DNA of 45,058 nucleotides from Verrucomicrobiales bacterium (GTDB taxonomy: Bacteria; Verrucomicrobiota; Verrucomicrobiia; Verrucomicrobiales; V1-33): the NCBI GenBank assembly GCA_031411295.1, contig JANOAV010000155.1:1-45058 (forward strand), written 5' to 3'. Every line of letters begins with the position of its first letter. The stretch's first letter is position 1. The position numbers were made by a program, and so were the translations under genes. The notes below the pieces were generated by a model. That model saw nothing but the letters and a program-made list of their open reading frames with translations, was not told where the DNA came from and did not search any database. Of this stretch, positions 17,776 to 27,012 are shown piece by piece.

Positions 17776-20127
17776 TCACGGGCTTGGCATGATTTGGTCG
17801 CTGGCCACCTCGACCCAGGCGCCATTGATTTTCCACTCTACTTTGAGTTCGATGCCTTTGGCAGGGATGGTTTGAAGTGCTTGGGCATAAATGACAAATT
17901 GCGCTTCGCCATCAGGTTGGGGTGTAATTTCAGGCCAACCATCTCGATCTGCGTCCCAAGCTATTTGATCGCCTGGGTCTTTCAGCGATCCGTTGCCGCG
18001 CGCGTCCGTCATCGCAAAATGGCCAGCCCCATCATACAACTCGATGCGTGTTGGCTCAGACGCCCTAATGCGCAGATTGGCAGGAGTTGGTGTTTTCATC
18101 TGAATGTGATGATAAATGGGGATGAGATAAAATGGACTGGCTGAGAAAACCCCCGCATCAATCACTGCCTGATCAACGTTTTGCTCTGCGGGATCAAATT
18201 GCCAGACGGCCTGGCTGTTTCGGGTGCTTGATTCCGTCCACTGGAGAGCGGTTTGTCCCTTTCCTTGACGGGATGCAGGAAGGGAAACTTCGAACAACGC
18301 CACCTCACCCGCTTGCAGGCTAAGGGATTGCTGGGGTGGGGTGCTTGGTTCGGTAACGGGATGGATTTCAATGCGGCCCGTCGCAGCGGCTTCATCCCAC
18401 TGGATGGATGCAGGTGTGTCCCCAAAACTTAACACTCCAGTAACCACATGGTTGGTTGGATTGGAGAGAGAAAAACTGGCGCGAGCAGGGCGGTTGGCGA
18501 TGGCCATGGAGGATGCAATGCGGGGCTGCAGCGCCAGCGGAGGGGCCGATTCCTCATGGTTGGTTGGCTTACTTTCAGGCTTTGGGGTGGTGCTGGGGAC
18601 TTGCGCCAGCAGCTCACGAACAGTGGCGGCGGCGGCCTGCCCTAAAGTGATGCTTGCTAGCAAATGTTTCGCCTGCACGACCGATGCGCGTGCGCCAGAC
18701 ACGTCCCCAGCCAGTTGTTGCAGGACTGCAAGTTTGGCCACGGCGGCTGGTTCCAGCGGGTAGAGGTTGAAGGCGCGGATAATTCGCAGGATTTCCTTCT
18801 GCGCGTTCAGGCTTTTGGCCAACTGTCCCGTTTCCTGGCAAAGCCGGACGTAGAGACGAAAGAGCACCAACTCATCCAGTTTGGAGTCCTGCTTGCGGAA
18901 AGCGATCAGGAGTTGGTTTAATTGGTCTTCCAAGCCCTCGTAGTTACGCGCGTCCAAGCCACGCTGCACTTTGTATATCTTAACGGATATGCGGCGGGTG
19001 GTGTATTTTTTCTCAGTCAGAATTTCCTCTAGGATGGCATCCGCCTCCGCAGTTCGTTTCAATTTATCCAACACCTTTGCCATCGCGAGCTTCACTTGGG
19101 CTTGTTCATTGCCATCAGCATTGGGATTGTCTTTGTATTGCAGAAGGATGTCCTGCAGCACTTTCAAGGCTCCCGCGGGATCTTGCTGACTGTTCCGTTC
19201 AGCCTCGACGCAGCGCATGCGGAAGCGAGGCATGTCATGGTATTTGGAAGGTTCTTGATTTTCTAAAGCCTTTTTGAGGATCTCATTGGCTTGCTCTTCG
19301 AACCCCAGGAAATTTAATTCGCCTGAGATGGTTAGAGAGGCCCAGAGCTTCTGATCAATCTGATCCCGAATCAATTTTACTTTCGACGCTGGATCCCGTT
19401 CGCGTCGGGATACTTCATCTGCCCATGCAAGCAGCCAGAGATTCTTCTCCATGGCTTGCTGCCAGCGGCCGATGTTCCATTCAGCCTTTGCCATGCTGCT
19501 GATGGTGGCGGCCTCCATGTTATCCATTAACAGTGGTGCAGAAGCATCATTGCCATTTTCGCGACGCTGCCAGGAAACTGCGTGCTTACCATTCGGAAGC
19601 ATGAGAGGGAAGTCCCGCAGGAGCACATCCGGAAGCGCGGCAAACCAAGGTCCGCGTGCGGGAAAGGTGGTCGTGTCGTGGGAAAAACCTTGTTTCAGGA
19701 AATAGTCCTGTTGCTCAAACATTAGTTCCCACGATCGGGCGTTCCGGCCAAGGTTCATCAGTGCCTTGACCAAGTTCCCTCGCACGTGGAAGGCCCATTC
19801 GTTGCGGCCCTCTTCCTTCGCCTTGGCTGCAATCCATTCGTAGAGGAAGATTGCCCAATTCAGATCAGTGGCACCTCGTTTTAGTTGGGCTTCTGCGAAA
19901 ACGACGGTCCACCATTCGTTAATCGTTTGATCCTTGCTGAGGTTCAGCATGCCTTCCTCTAAAATTTTCTCGTGCGCCAAATCCATTTCTTTGGTGGCTT
20001 CGGTGGTGCCGCCCTTCGTGTAAGCGACATGAGCATAGTCCAACCAAACCCGCGCGAGTGGAGCCATTTCCGCCCTGATGGGAGCGAGGCTGCAAAGCAA
20101 TAATAGTAAGCAGAGGAGAGCACGCAT
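17776..20127 (-). CDS. Large secreted hypothetical protein with a helical TPR-like N-terminal part and a beta-rich C-terminal part
   Basis: Signal peptide MRALLCLLLLLCSLAPIRA, helical repeats, a PSTTPKPESKP linker and a Ca-binding-like DADRDG loop. Starts 5 nt downstream of the Sel1 gene stop. Confidence 0.8.
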   Translation of the reverse strand: MRALLCLLLLLCSLAPIRAEMAPLARVWLDYAHVAYTKGGTTEATKEMDLAHEKILEEGMLNLSKDQTINEWWTVVFAEAQLKRGATDLNWAIFLYEWIAAKAKEEGRNEWAFHVRGNLVKALMNLGRNARSWELMFEQQDYFLKQGFSHDTTTFPARGPWFAALPDVLLRDFPLMLPNGKHAVSWQRRENGNDASAPLLMDNMEAATISSMAKAEWNIGRWQQAMEKNLWLLAWADEVSRRERDPASKVKLIRDQIDQKLWASLTISGELNFLGFEEQANEILKKALENQEPSKYHDMPRFRMRCVEAERNSQQDPAGALKVLQDILLQYKDNPNADGNEQAQVKLAMAKVLDKLKRTAEADAILEEILTEKKYTTRRISVKIYKVQRGLDARNYEGLEDQLNQLLIAFRKQDSKLDELVLFRLYVRLCQETGQLAKSLNAQKEILRIIRAFNLYPLEPAAVAKLAVLQQLAGDVSGARASVVQAKHLLASITLGQAAAATVRELLAQVPSTTPKPESKPTNHEESAPPLALQPRIASSMAIANRPARASFSLSNPTNHVVTGVLSFGDTPASIQWDEAAATGRIEIHPVTEPSTPPQQSLSLQAGEVALFEVSLPASRQGKGQTALQWTESSTRNSQAVWQFDPAEQNVDQAVIDAGVFSASPFYLIPIYHHIQMKTPTPANLRIRASEPTRIELYDGAGHFAMTDARGNGSLKDPGDQIAWDADRDGWPEITPQPDGEAQFVIYAQALQTIPAKGIELKVEWKINGAWVEVASDQIMPSP

Positions 20128-20132
20128 GGGAG

Positions 20133-21605
20133 TTATCGCTTAAGGTTTTCTTCAAGCTTCTTGGCACGGTCGGCACCTTCTGCCTTTCCACGCGATGCGG
20201 CCAAAAGGAAAAGTTCCTTCGCTTTAGCCAGGTCTTTCTTGCAGCCCGAGCCTGACTCATAGCAATCTGCCAATACAAAAGTGGCGATGGGATGACCCTG
20301 CTGACTGGATTTTGTCAGTAAATCTACAGCCAGGGAATAATCAGGTCGCACACCGGTGCCTTGCAGGTAGTCACGCGCCAGTTGAAATTGCCCGTTTTTA
20401 TCTCCCGTTTCGGCACATTTTTTGTTCCACTTAAAAGCAACGGCGTGGTCTTCCGGCACGCCGTGCCCGCCGTCTGAAAGGTAACCAACTTTGCTCATTG
20501 AAAAAGCATCTCCTAACTCAGCGGCTTTGAGGTAAAGCGCCCACGCTTTGGCTAGATCTTTGGGGACTCCGATGCCTTTTTCGTAATATTTGGCGGCACT
20601 CTGGCAGCCCCAGATGTCATCCGCCTCGCAGGCTTTTAAAAAGTAAGCCAGCGCCTTAGTGGAATCTGAGGGCACGCCTTTTCCTTCTTCATAGCAGGTT
20701 CCCAACAAGAAATTGCCATAACCATCCTTCCCATCTGATGCCTTCTGTAGGAGTTCGATGGCCTTTGGCTTGTTAGTCGGAACGCCCAGTCCATACAGGT
20801 GCAAGCATCCCAGCCGCGCCATCGCATGAGCCTCACCCCGTGCGGCAGCTTTCTCAAGGAAGCCCATTGCTTTGGGGATGTCTTCCGTTCCATCCCATCC
20901 GTCCAGATAATAGATCCCCATCCGCAGCATCAAAAATGGATTATGAAGTTTAAGTCCACGCTCCAGCCACTCCTTCGCCTTGGCATTGTCCGCCTTGCAA
21001 CCAGTCCCGTCGTGCAAAGCCTGAGCCAGTTCTCCAATGGCAAAAGAGCAGCCTCGTTCGCTAAGGTTCACTAATCGTTTGTAACCCTCTGCTTCGTCTT
21101 TGGGGCCTCCCTGGCCCAGTAGGATCATGCTGGCGTAAGCGTGGCCCGCCCCTGGATCGCCCTCGTCTGCCGCTGCTTTATAATATTCCCTAGCTTTGGC
21201 TAAGTCAGGTTTCACAGACCAACCTTTCCGGTGGGCTCTACCCAGAAGGCGCAGCACAGTGCTGTCTTTGGGCTGTGCCGCAATTAGCTTCTTGAGCGTT
21301 TCGAATCCTTGATTCGGATCCGCCTTGCGGCCGACTCCGGCTAGGAGGCAGATCGCCATCGCATCTTCGTTGCCTTCCGCAGCTGCCTTGATCAGAAGTT
21401 CATCCGCTTGCTTTGGGTCATAGGGCACATCTGGTCCATCATTGTAACGTTGTGCTAGTTGAACCATCGCCATTGTGTCACCAGCCTTTACCTTCGCTTG
21501 TAGGGAATCAAGCGGCATCGCTGCCAGCGCAGGCGTATGGGCTGACACGGTCTGGCTGGCTGCCAATATGCATATCGCTAAAAGGTGTAGTTTGCGTAGC
21601 CTCAT
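20133..21605 (-). CDS. Secreted Sel1-like repeat protein
   Basis: Signal peptide and about a dozen A...LG..Y..G.Gv..D..kA..w..kAA..G repeats. Confidence 0.93.
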   Translation of the reverse strand: MRLRKLHLLAICILAASQTVSAHTPALAAMPLDSLQAKVKAGDTMAMVQLAQRYNDGPDVPYDPKQADELLIKAAAEGNEDAMAICLLAGVGRKADPNQGFETLKKLIAAQPKDSTVLRLLGRAHRKGWSVKPDLAKAREYYKAAADEGDPGAGHAYASMILLGQGGPKDEAEGYKRLVNLSERGCSFAIGELAQALHDGTGCKADNAKAKEWLERGLKLHNPFLMLRMGIYYLDGWDGTEDIPKAMGFLEKAAARGEAHAMARLGCLHLYGLGVPTNKPKAIELLQKASDGKDGYGNFLLGTCYEEGKGVPSDSTKALAYFLKACEADDIWGCQSAAKYYEKGIGVPKDLAKAWALYLKAAELGDAFSMSKVGYLSDGGHGVPEDHAVAFKWNKKCAETGDKNGQFQLARDYLQGTGVRPDYSLAVDLLTKSSQQGHPIATFVLADCYESGSGCKKDLAKAKELFLLAASRGKAEGADRAKKLEENLKR

Positions 21606-21703
21606 GTTTGTTTATAGTTCGCACCGTTCTCTCGGGCAAGTTTGAATCCATTGCGGTGGAGGGAATTTACGGGAAATTCGCAAAATCAAGAAAAATTTCC
21701 AAC

Positions 21704-21731
21704 TTGCAATACGGAATAGATAATCTATAAT
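21704..21731 (+). promoter_or_regulatory. Putative sigma70 promoter for the Mrr-bactofilin gene
   Basis: TTGCAA-N16-TATAAT in an AT-rich divergent intergenic region. Confidence 0.6.
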
Positions 21732-21802
21732 TTTGATAGTTATGGCTTATTCCTGCTGTGACTACTCTAACCACCAAGACCTAATTCCTCCAAAACCGAT
21801 CC

Positions 21803-22714
21803 ATGCTGGCTCCCGCCTCGAAACTTGCCGTGATCGACTCCACGCCTCCGTGGGGTTTGGAAACCTTGTGGCGCATGGATTGGAAGCGTTTTCAAGAGTT
21901 GGTGAGCCTGGTTCTGGCGCGCGGGGGCTTTGCCTCGGAAGTAGCTTGGGTGCGGCCGGATGGGACGACGGTTCTATCCGTCGTGCCACGGCAGGGACGA
22001 ATGGGGGCTGAGGCACTGGTCCAGTGTGCGGGCTGGAACCAGTATGAAGTGGGGGCTCCGAGTTTGCTGGAATTTTATAAATCGGTGGTCAATGAAGGCG
22101 TTTCGCGAGGAATTTATGTCACCCCGGGAAAATTTGATCAGAATGCGATCATCTTTGCGCGCACGAAAAATATCGAATTGATCGATGGTGCCGAGTTCTT
22201 GCGCACGATCGATCGAATGACTTATGACGAGCAGCAGACCCACCGAAGAATGGCGCTGGTGGGATCTTGGGACGTGCCGTCGTGTCCGAGTTGCGCGAGC
22301 AAGCTTGGGTTGCATGAGGTAACCTTTCCCTCCGGCCAAGAGCAGCGGAATCTGGCGGATCTAACCTTCAAGGCGGACCAGCATGTGAACGGGCAGGTTT
22401 ACTGCAAGCATCTGGTGGTGAAACCGGGGGTGGATGTCTTATTCCTCAAGGGCGTGGAAGCAGAATCCATGGAGATCGGCGGACGCGTGATGGGGAATTT
22501 GGTGTGTCGGGGGAAGTTAGTGGTGGCGGCGGGAGCGTGTGTTAGCGGATTGGTGGCGGCTCGGAGCATCAAGTTGGAGCCCGGCGCATTACTGGAGGCG
22601 GAGGCGCGCATTTTAAACGAAGCGGAGATTCAATCGGTGCGACCGCAACCGAAACAATATCTCTGGAAATGCCCCCAACGCAGGTGCCGTGGATCGTTGC
22701 CGGAGCGGGTGTAG
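21803..22714 (+). CDS. Mrr_cat-like domain (catalytic residues substituted) plus a C4 zinc ribbon containing an inserted bactofilin-like domain
   Basis: MDWKRFQELV, LVQCAGW...VG, GIYVTPGKF, IELIDG (Mrr fold). CPSC...WKC....C (zinc ribbon). IGGRVMGNLVCRGKLVVAAGACVSGLVAARSIKLEPGALLEA (bactofilin pattern). Confidence 0.85.
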   Translation: MLAPASKLAVIDSTPPWGLETLWRMDWKRFQELVSLVLARGGFASEVAWVRPDGTTVLSVVPRQGRMGAEALVQCAGWNQYEVGAPSLLEFYKSVVNEGVSRGIYVTPGKFDQNAIIFARTKNIELIDGAEFLRTIDRMTYDEQQTHRRMALVGSWDVPSCPSCASKLGLHEVTFPSGQEQRNLADLTFKADQHVNGQVYCKHLVVKPGVDVLFLKGVEAESMEIGGRVMGNLVCRGKLVVAAGACVSGLVAARSIKLEPGALLEAEARILNEAEIQSVRPQPKQYLWKCPQRRCRGSLPERV

Positions 22715-22731
22715 GAAATGACATTATGGGC

Positions 22732-22910
22732 AGTAGCCGTCATCGCTCCGCGTGACGGCATTCGTCTGGCAAAGGCATGGGATGCTAAAGTGTCCTAACC
22801 TGCGAGAATTGTCGCGTGAGGGAGGGCAGGGACGAGCCGCCAGATAAGTCGCGAACGGCTAACGAACAGGGATATCGTGAAGGTCATCACGCGGAGCGAT
22901 GATGACTACT
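22732..22910. repeat. GTAG-type REP pair
   Basis: agtagccgtcatcgctccgcgtgacg ... catcacgcggagcgatgatgactact, inverted. Confidence 0.8.
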
Positions 22911-22980
22911 TTTCAGAAGGTCTTCGGCTTTGGCCGATTTCCCGCTGTCAATTTCAGCGCGGCCTGCTAGATACCGGGCG

Positions 22981-23649
22981 ATGATGGAATATTATTTACT
23001 AACCAAAAAAGGACGCGAAGGGCCCTATCAAGAGGCTGAATTGCTGGATTTGTTGGATGCGGGTGAGATCGGTCCGGATGAGCTTTGTGAGCAGCTTCCC
23101 AGCGGGCAGCGGCGTGCGGTGGGGGAGTGGTTCGAGGTGCTAGAACCAGAGTTGGCAATGGAGGGCGTGAGGGATGCAGAAATTGATTTTACGTCAGGGC
23201 GAGTGAATGTTTCCCGCTCCACGGTGCAGTGGGAAGGGCGGCCCAGTGTCTTGGCGTGCTGGCCGCAGTTAGCGCTGGCGGGTGGTGCTTTGTGGGTGGG
23301 GAATCATTACGAACGCGTGGCCCCGGGGAGCTGGATTCTGAGTTTGGGGGCGGCGGCGGTGATTATTTTGCTCGTGCTGCTGGGGTTGAGTCGCTGGCGG
23401 TATCGGGTGACGCGGCAGGGGGTGGAAGCGCTGCGGGGCTGGTGGTTTCAGGATTCCTGGGCGATTCCCCTTGATGAAATCTCCGCCATCCGGGTGCTGC
23501 ATTCGGGCCTGCCTGGGCTCATCGGAGTGGGGGAAGTGCAGTTTGCGGCCGGGGATGGCACGGCAAGTGCGGTGGTGTTCTGGGGACTCTGGCGACCACG
23601 CCGGGTGAAGGCGTTAGTCGAGGCCTGCGCAGGTGGACTGCGTGCGTGA
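22981..23649 (+). CDS. Membrane protein with GYF_2-like N-terminus, two TM helices and a bacterial PH (bPH_2) domain
   Basis: YYL...GREGPY...L..L...GEI, then WEGRPS, and RYRVT...G......IPL..I..I......L.GVG.V.F. Confidence 0.75.
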   Translation: MMEYYLLTKKGREGPYQEAELLDLLDAGEIGPDELCEQLPSGQRRAVGEWFEVLEPELAMEGVRDAEIDFTSGRVNVSRSTVQWEGRPSVLACWPQLALAGGALWVGNHYERVAPGSWILSLGAAAVIILLVLLGLSRWRYRVTRQGVEALRGWWFQDSWAIPLDEISAIRVLHSGLPGLIGVGEVQFAAGDGTASAVVFWGLWRPRRVKALVEACAGGLRA

Positions 23650-23746
23650 CGAAATTAATTGCGACTTTCGCCTGACGACTGCCACTTTTTGCTTTTCCTT
23701 CCCGCCAATGCTGATCATACTATCTCTCACCTAGCCCACTTTGGAC

Positions 23747-24658
23747 ATGGATTGCGACCATCAAAACATCACCGACCAACTCTTACGATCCTACCAGGAA
23801 GTGGGCGGGATCAACCATCTCGAGGGCAAAAATCTACCGTCCAAGCAGATCGTGGAACATCTCTGTGAAGAACTGCTAAGCTTGGTTTTTCCAGGGTTCA
23901 TGGAGGGCGAAGCAATTTCCTGTGAGGAACTGCCGCAGGCCATAGGACAGAAGGTGGAACGGTTAGCGGGTCGGTTGGCGATCGAAGTGGGGCGAAGCCT
24001 AACGTTGTTCGGCGGATGCTCGGAGGCTGCGCAGGGCGAGGCCGCCCACGATTGCGTGTGCCAGTTCCTGCGGCGGCTGCCGGAGGTGCGGCGGAAACTA
24101 CAAACGGACGTGACCGCCGCCTACGAGGGCGATCCCGCAGCGCGCAGCACGGAAGAAATCATTTTAAGCTATCCCTGCATCGAGGCTATTGCCGTGCAAC
24201 GCCTGGCGCATGAATTGTATCGCGCCAATGTGCCGTTGATCCCCCGCATGATGACCGAGTGGGCGCACCGGCGGACGGGGATCGATATCCATCCTGGGGC
24301 GACGATTGGAGAGTCATTTTTTATTGATCACGGCACGGGCGTGGTGATCGGGGAGACCTGTGTCATTGGCAAGCAGGTGAAGCTGTATCATGGGGTAACG
24401 CTGGGGGCCAAGAGCTTTACCAAGGATGCCGAGGGGAATCCGGTGAAGGGGGTGAAACGTCATCCCAATGTGGAGGATCATGTTACGGTCTATGCCAATG
24501 CCACGATTCTGGGAGGGGATACGACCATCGGCAAAGGCAGCACGATTGGGGCGAATGTCTTTATCATGGAAAGCGTCGAGCCGTATTCGGTGGTTGGTTT
24601 GAAAGAAGCGAATCACCAAATTGACGCGAAACGCAAGCCACCGATTAAAATTGCATAA
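23747..24658 (+). CDS. cysE: Serine O-acetyltransferase
   Basis: GDPAA, SYP, IDIHPGATIG, FIDHGTGVVIGET, GVTLGA and KRHP. Confidence 0.95.
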   Translation: MDCDHQNITDQLLRSYQEVGGINHLEGKNLPSKQIVEHLCEELLSLVFPGFMEGEAISCEELPQAIGQKVERLAGRLAIEVGRSLTLFGGCSEAAQGEAAHDCVCQFLRRLPEVRRKLQTDVTAAYEGDPAARSTEEIILSYPCIEAIAVQRLAHELYRANVPLIPRMMTEWAHRRTGIDIHPGATIGESFFIDHGTGVVIGETCVIGKQVKLYHGVTLGAKSFTKDAEGNPVKGVKRHPNVEDHVTVYANATILGGDTTIGKGSTIGANVFIMESVEPYSVVGLKEANHQIDAKRKPPIKIA

Positions 24659-24660
24659 CC

Positions 24661-25302
24661 ATGAAGTCCGCCCGCCATGCCGCATTCCCGCCTCAGGGGC
24701 TGAAGCAAAGCGCTTCAGCAATCGCGGAGGTGTTGTCACCAGCGAAGTTCCCCGGCTTGTCAGGGATAGATCCGGTGTTAACCCAGGAGGCGCGGAAATG
24801 GTTGCGTGATCTGGGCTGCGTCCCGGCCTCACAGCGGATTCAGGTGGTGTGGAACCCCCGATTAAAGACCACCGCTGGCACGGCCTGTGTTTATACGACC
24901 CGGATCGAGTTGAATCCTCGGTTGCACCAGATTGGTGAGCCGCAAATTCAGCGCACCTTGCGGCATGAAGTGGCTCACGTCATCGCCCATGCCAGAGCCG
25001 GACGGAGGGCAAACCAGTTGCAAACCCACGGACCGGAATGGCGACACGCCTGCGCGGAGTTGGGCATTGGCGGGGAGCCTGCGTTTCACGACCTGCCGTT
25101 CGAGCGCAAGACGATGGCGCGGAAATACACATACGAATGTCCAGGGTGTGGATTGATTGTGGATCGCGTTAGGAAATTCGGTCGGTTCACAGCCTGTTAC
25201 CAGTGCTGCAAGACGAAGAATCACGGTCAGTATGACGCCAAATACCAGTTCCGCATGGTGGATCAACGGTTAGCGCGGCGGGCGATGGATGGGGAGATTT
25301 GA
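24661..25302 (+). CDS. SprT-like zinc metalloprotease domain protein
   Basis: WNPRLKTTAG, TLRHEVAH, HGPEW and YECPGC...CYQC. Confidence 0.9.
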   Translation: MKSARHAAFPPQGLKQSASAIAEVLSPAKFPGLSGIDPVLTQEARKWLRDLGCVPASQRIQVVWNPRLKTTAGTACVYTTRIELNPRLHQIGEPQIQRTLRHEVAHVIAHARAGRRANQLQTHGPEWRHACAELGIGGEPAFHDLPFERKTMARKYTYECPGCGLIVDRVRKFGRFTACYQCCKTKNHGQYDAKYQFRMVDQRLARRAMDGEI

Positions 25303-25552
25303 TTCATGAAAGAAGCCGCGGTTCGGTCAGAAGCAGAAACGCTGGACTCAGCCCGTGGCAGATTTTTTGGGCCGCGCAATTCGAAGAACGATCCACGTCA
25401 CCAAACAGACGGAACCGCGTTGCGGTTCATTGCTGTGGACGTGATCTCCCAGGGGAGCCCGCAGCCGGGCACCCCTGGGCTGAAGGACTAAACGCCTTCG
25501 GCGTAGAGGAGCTAAATCTGAGGCCGAAAGCTCTCTGAAAATTTCTTTTCCG

Positions 25553-25637
25553 AACCAATTGCCGCAAAAGAACTCAAAGAGCGCAAAAGCACCCATAAAA
25601 TTTTTGCGTTCCTTGCGATCTTTTGCGGCAATTGGTT
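25553..25637. repeat. REP-like inverted repeat
   Basis: aaccaattgccgcaaaaga ... tcttttgcggcaattggtt. Confidence 0.8.
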
Positions 25638-25757
25638 TGTAATCAGCAAAAAGCAACTTTGCGGGGTCAGGAAAATTCCTCGTCAGCGGCAGGCTCTTCC
25701 GATGAGTTCAGGATGTCTGAGGCTACGACCGGGCCGGGACATTTGCGGGGAGTTCAC

Positions 25758-25792
25758 AAGAAAATAGGCCCCATGGGTCTCATGGGGCCTAT
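25758..25792 (-). terminator. Intrinsic terminator after fbaA
   Basis: 12-bp stem ATAGGCCCCATG/CATGGGGCCTAT followed by a T-rich tract on the minus strand. Confidence 0.75.
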
Positions 25793-25815
25793 CAGAAGTG
25801 TTGCCAGCGGAAAGC

Positions 25816-26847
25816 TTAGACTTTGCCGAAGATCGTTTTGCCAGTGCTGCGGAGGTCATCGCAGGCTGCTTTCATGCGATCGCAGAGACCTTGCTCACCC
25901 TTCTTCAGGTAGCTGCGGGGATCGTAGGCTTTTTTGTCGCCCATTTCTCCGTCGATCTTAAGCACGCCGGAGTAGTTCTTCATGATGTGGTCCACGATGG
26001 GACGAGTGAATGCGTATTGGGTATCGGTGTCGATGTTCATTTTCACCACGCCGTAGTTCAGCGTTTCCCGGATATCGGAGAGTTCAGAACCGGATCCGCC
26101 GTGGAAGACGAGGTCGAATTTAGCCTTGGCACCGTGTTTGGCGATGACGGCATCCTGACCGGCTTTGAGGATGTCTGGGCGGAGTTTCACGATGCCAGGC
26201 TTGTAGGCTCCGTGGACGTTGCCGAAGGTGGCGGCAAACATATAGCGGCCCAGGCCTTCCAGCGTTTCATACACTTCCAGCATGTCCTCCGGGGTGGTGT
26301 AAAGTTTATCATTCACATGGGTGCCGTGGTCCACGCCATCTTCCTCACCACCGACGACACCAGCTTCGACTTCGAGGATGATTTCCAGGGCCGCACACTC
26401 TTTGAGCAGGGCTGCACTGAGTTTCATATTCTCGGCCAGGGGTAGTTCGCTGGCGTCCAGCATGTGACTATTGTAAAGGTTGTTCAGGCCAGCATCGCGA
26501 CGACGCTTGGTTTCGGCCATGAGCGGACGGAGGAACGTGTCCACTTTGTCCGGTTGGCAGTGATCCGTGTGCAAGCCTACGAGGATATCATACCGCTCCG
26601 CCAAACGATGGACGGCTTCGGCCAGCACAATGCCGCCAAGGGCCATGTCTTTGTTGTGCAGGCCGGAAGCAAACTGGCCGCCGCCCGTGGAAATCTGAAT
26701 GATGCCGTCGCTCTTCTGATCGGCAAAAGCCTTGAGCGCCCCATTGATGGTGGGCAAAGAGGTAATGTTGATGGCTGGATAGGCGTAATCGCCTGCTTGA
26801 GCGGCATCAAGCATGGCGGCGTATTGTTTGGGCGTGGCTACGGGCAT
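25816..26847 (-). CDS. fbaA: Class II fructose-bisphosphate aldolase
   Basis: AYPAINI, LHTDHC, SHMLDAS, GGEEDG, FGNVHG.YK, VFHGGSG, KMNIDTDTQ and YDPR. Confidence 0.97.
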   Translation of the reverse strand: MPVATPKQYAAMLDAAQAGDYAYPAINITSLPTINGALKAFADQKSDGIIQISTGGGQFASGLHNKDMALGGIVLAEAVHRLAERYDILVGLHTDHCQPDKVDTFLRPLMAETKRRRDAGLNNLYNSHMLDASELPLAENMKLSAALLKECAALEIILEVEAGVVGGEEDGVDHGTHVNDKLYTTPEDMLEVYETLEGLGRYMFAATFGNVHGAYKPGIVKLRPDILKAGQDAVIAKHGAKAKFDLVFHGGSGSELSDIRETLNYGVVKMNIDTDTQYAFTRPIVDHIMKNYSGVLKIDGEMGDKKAYDPRSYLKKGEQGLCDRMKAACDDLRSTGKTIFGKV

Positions 26848-27012
26848 GGGGTGTTTCTGGGTGGGTAAGTTGAAATTACGGTTCGATTTCACGTGGATGC
26901 TTTTTTTAGCGTTGTCAATTCGCTGATTGCCCGGTGCGGAGAAATCTAATCATGCTAGGTGCGGTTTCTAAAACTTTTTACTAGAGGTCTGGAAGGTCCC
27001 ACCTACAGTAGT

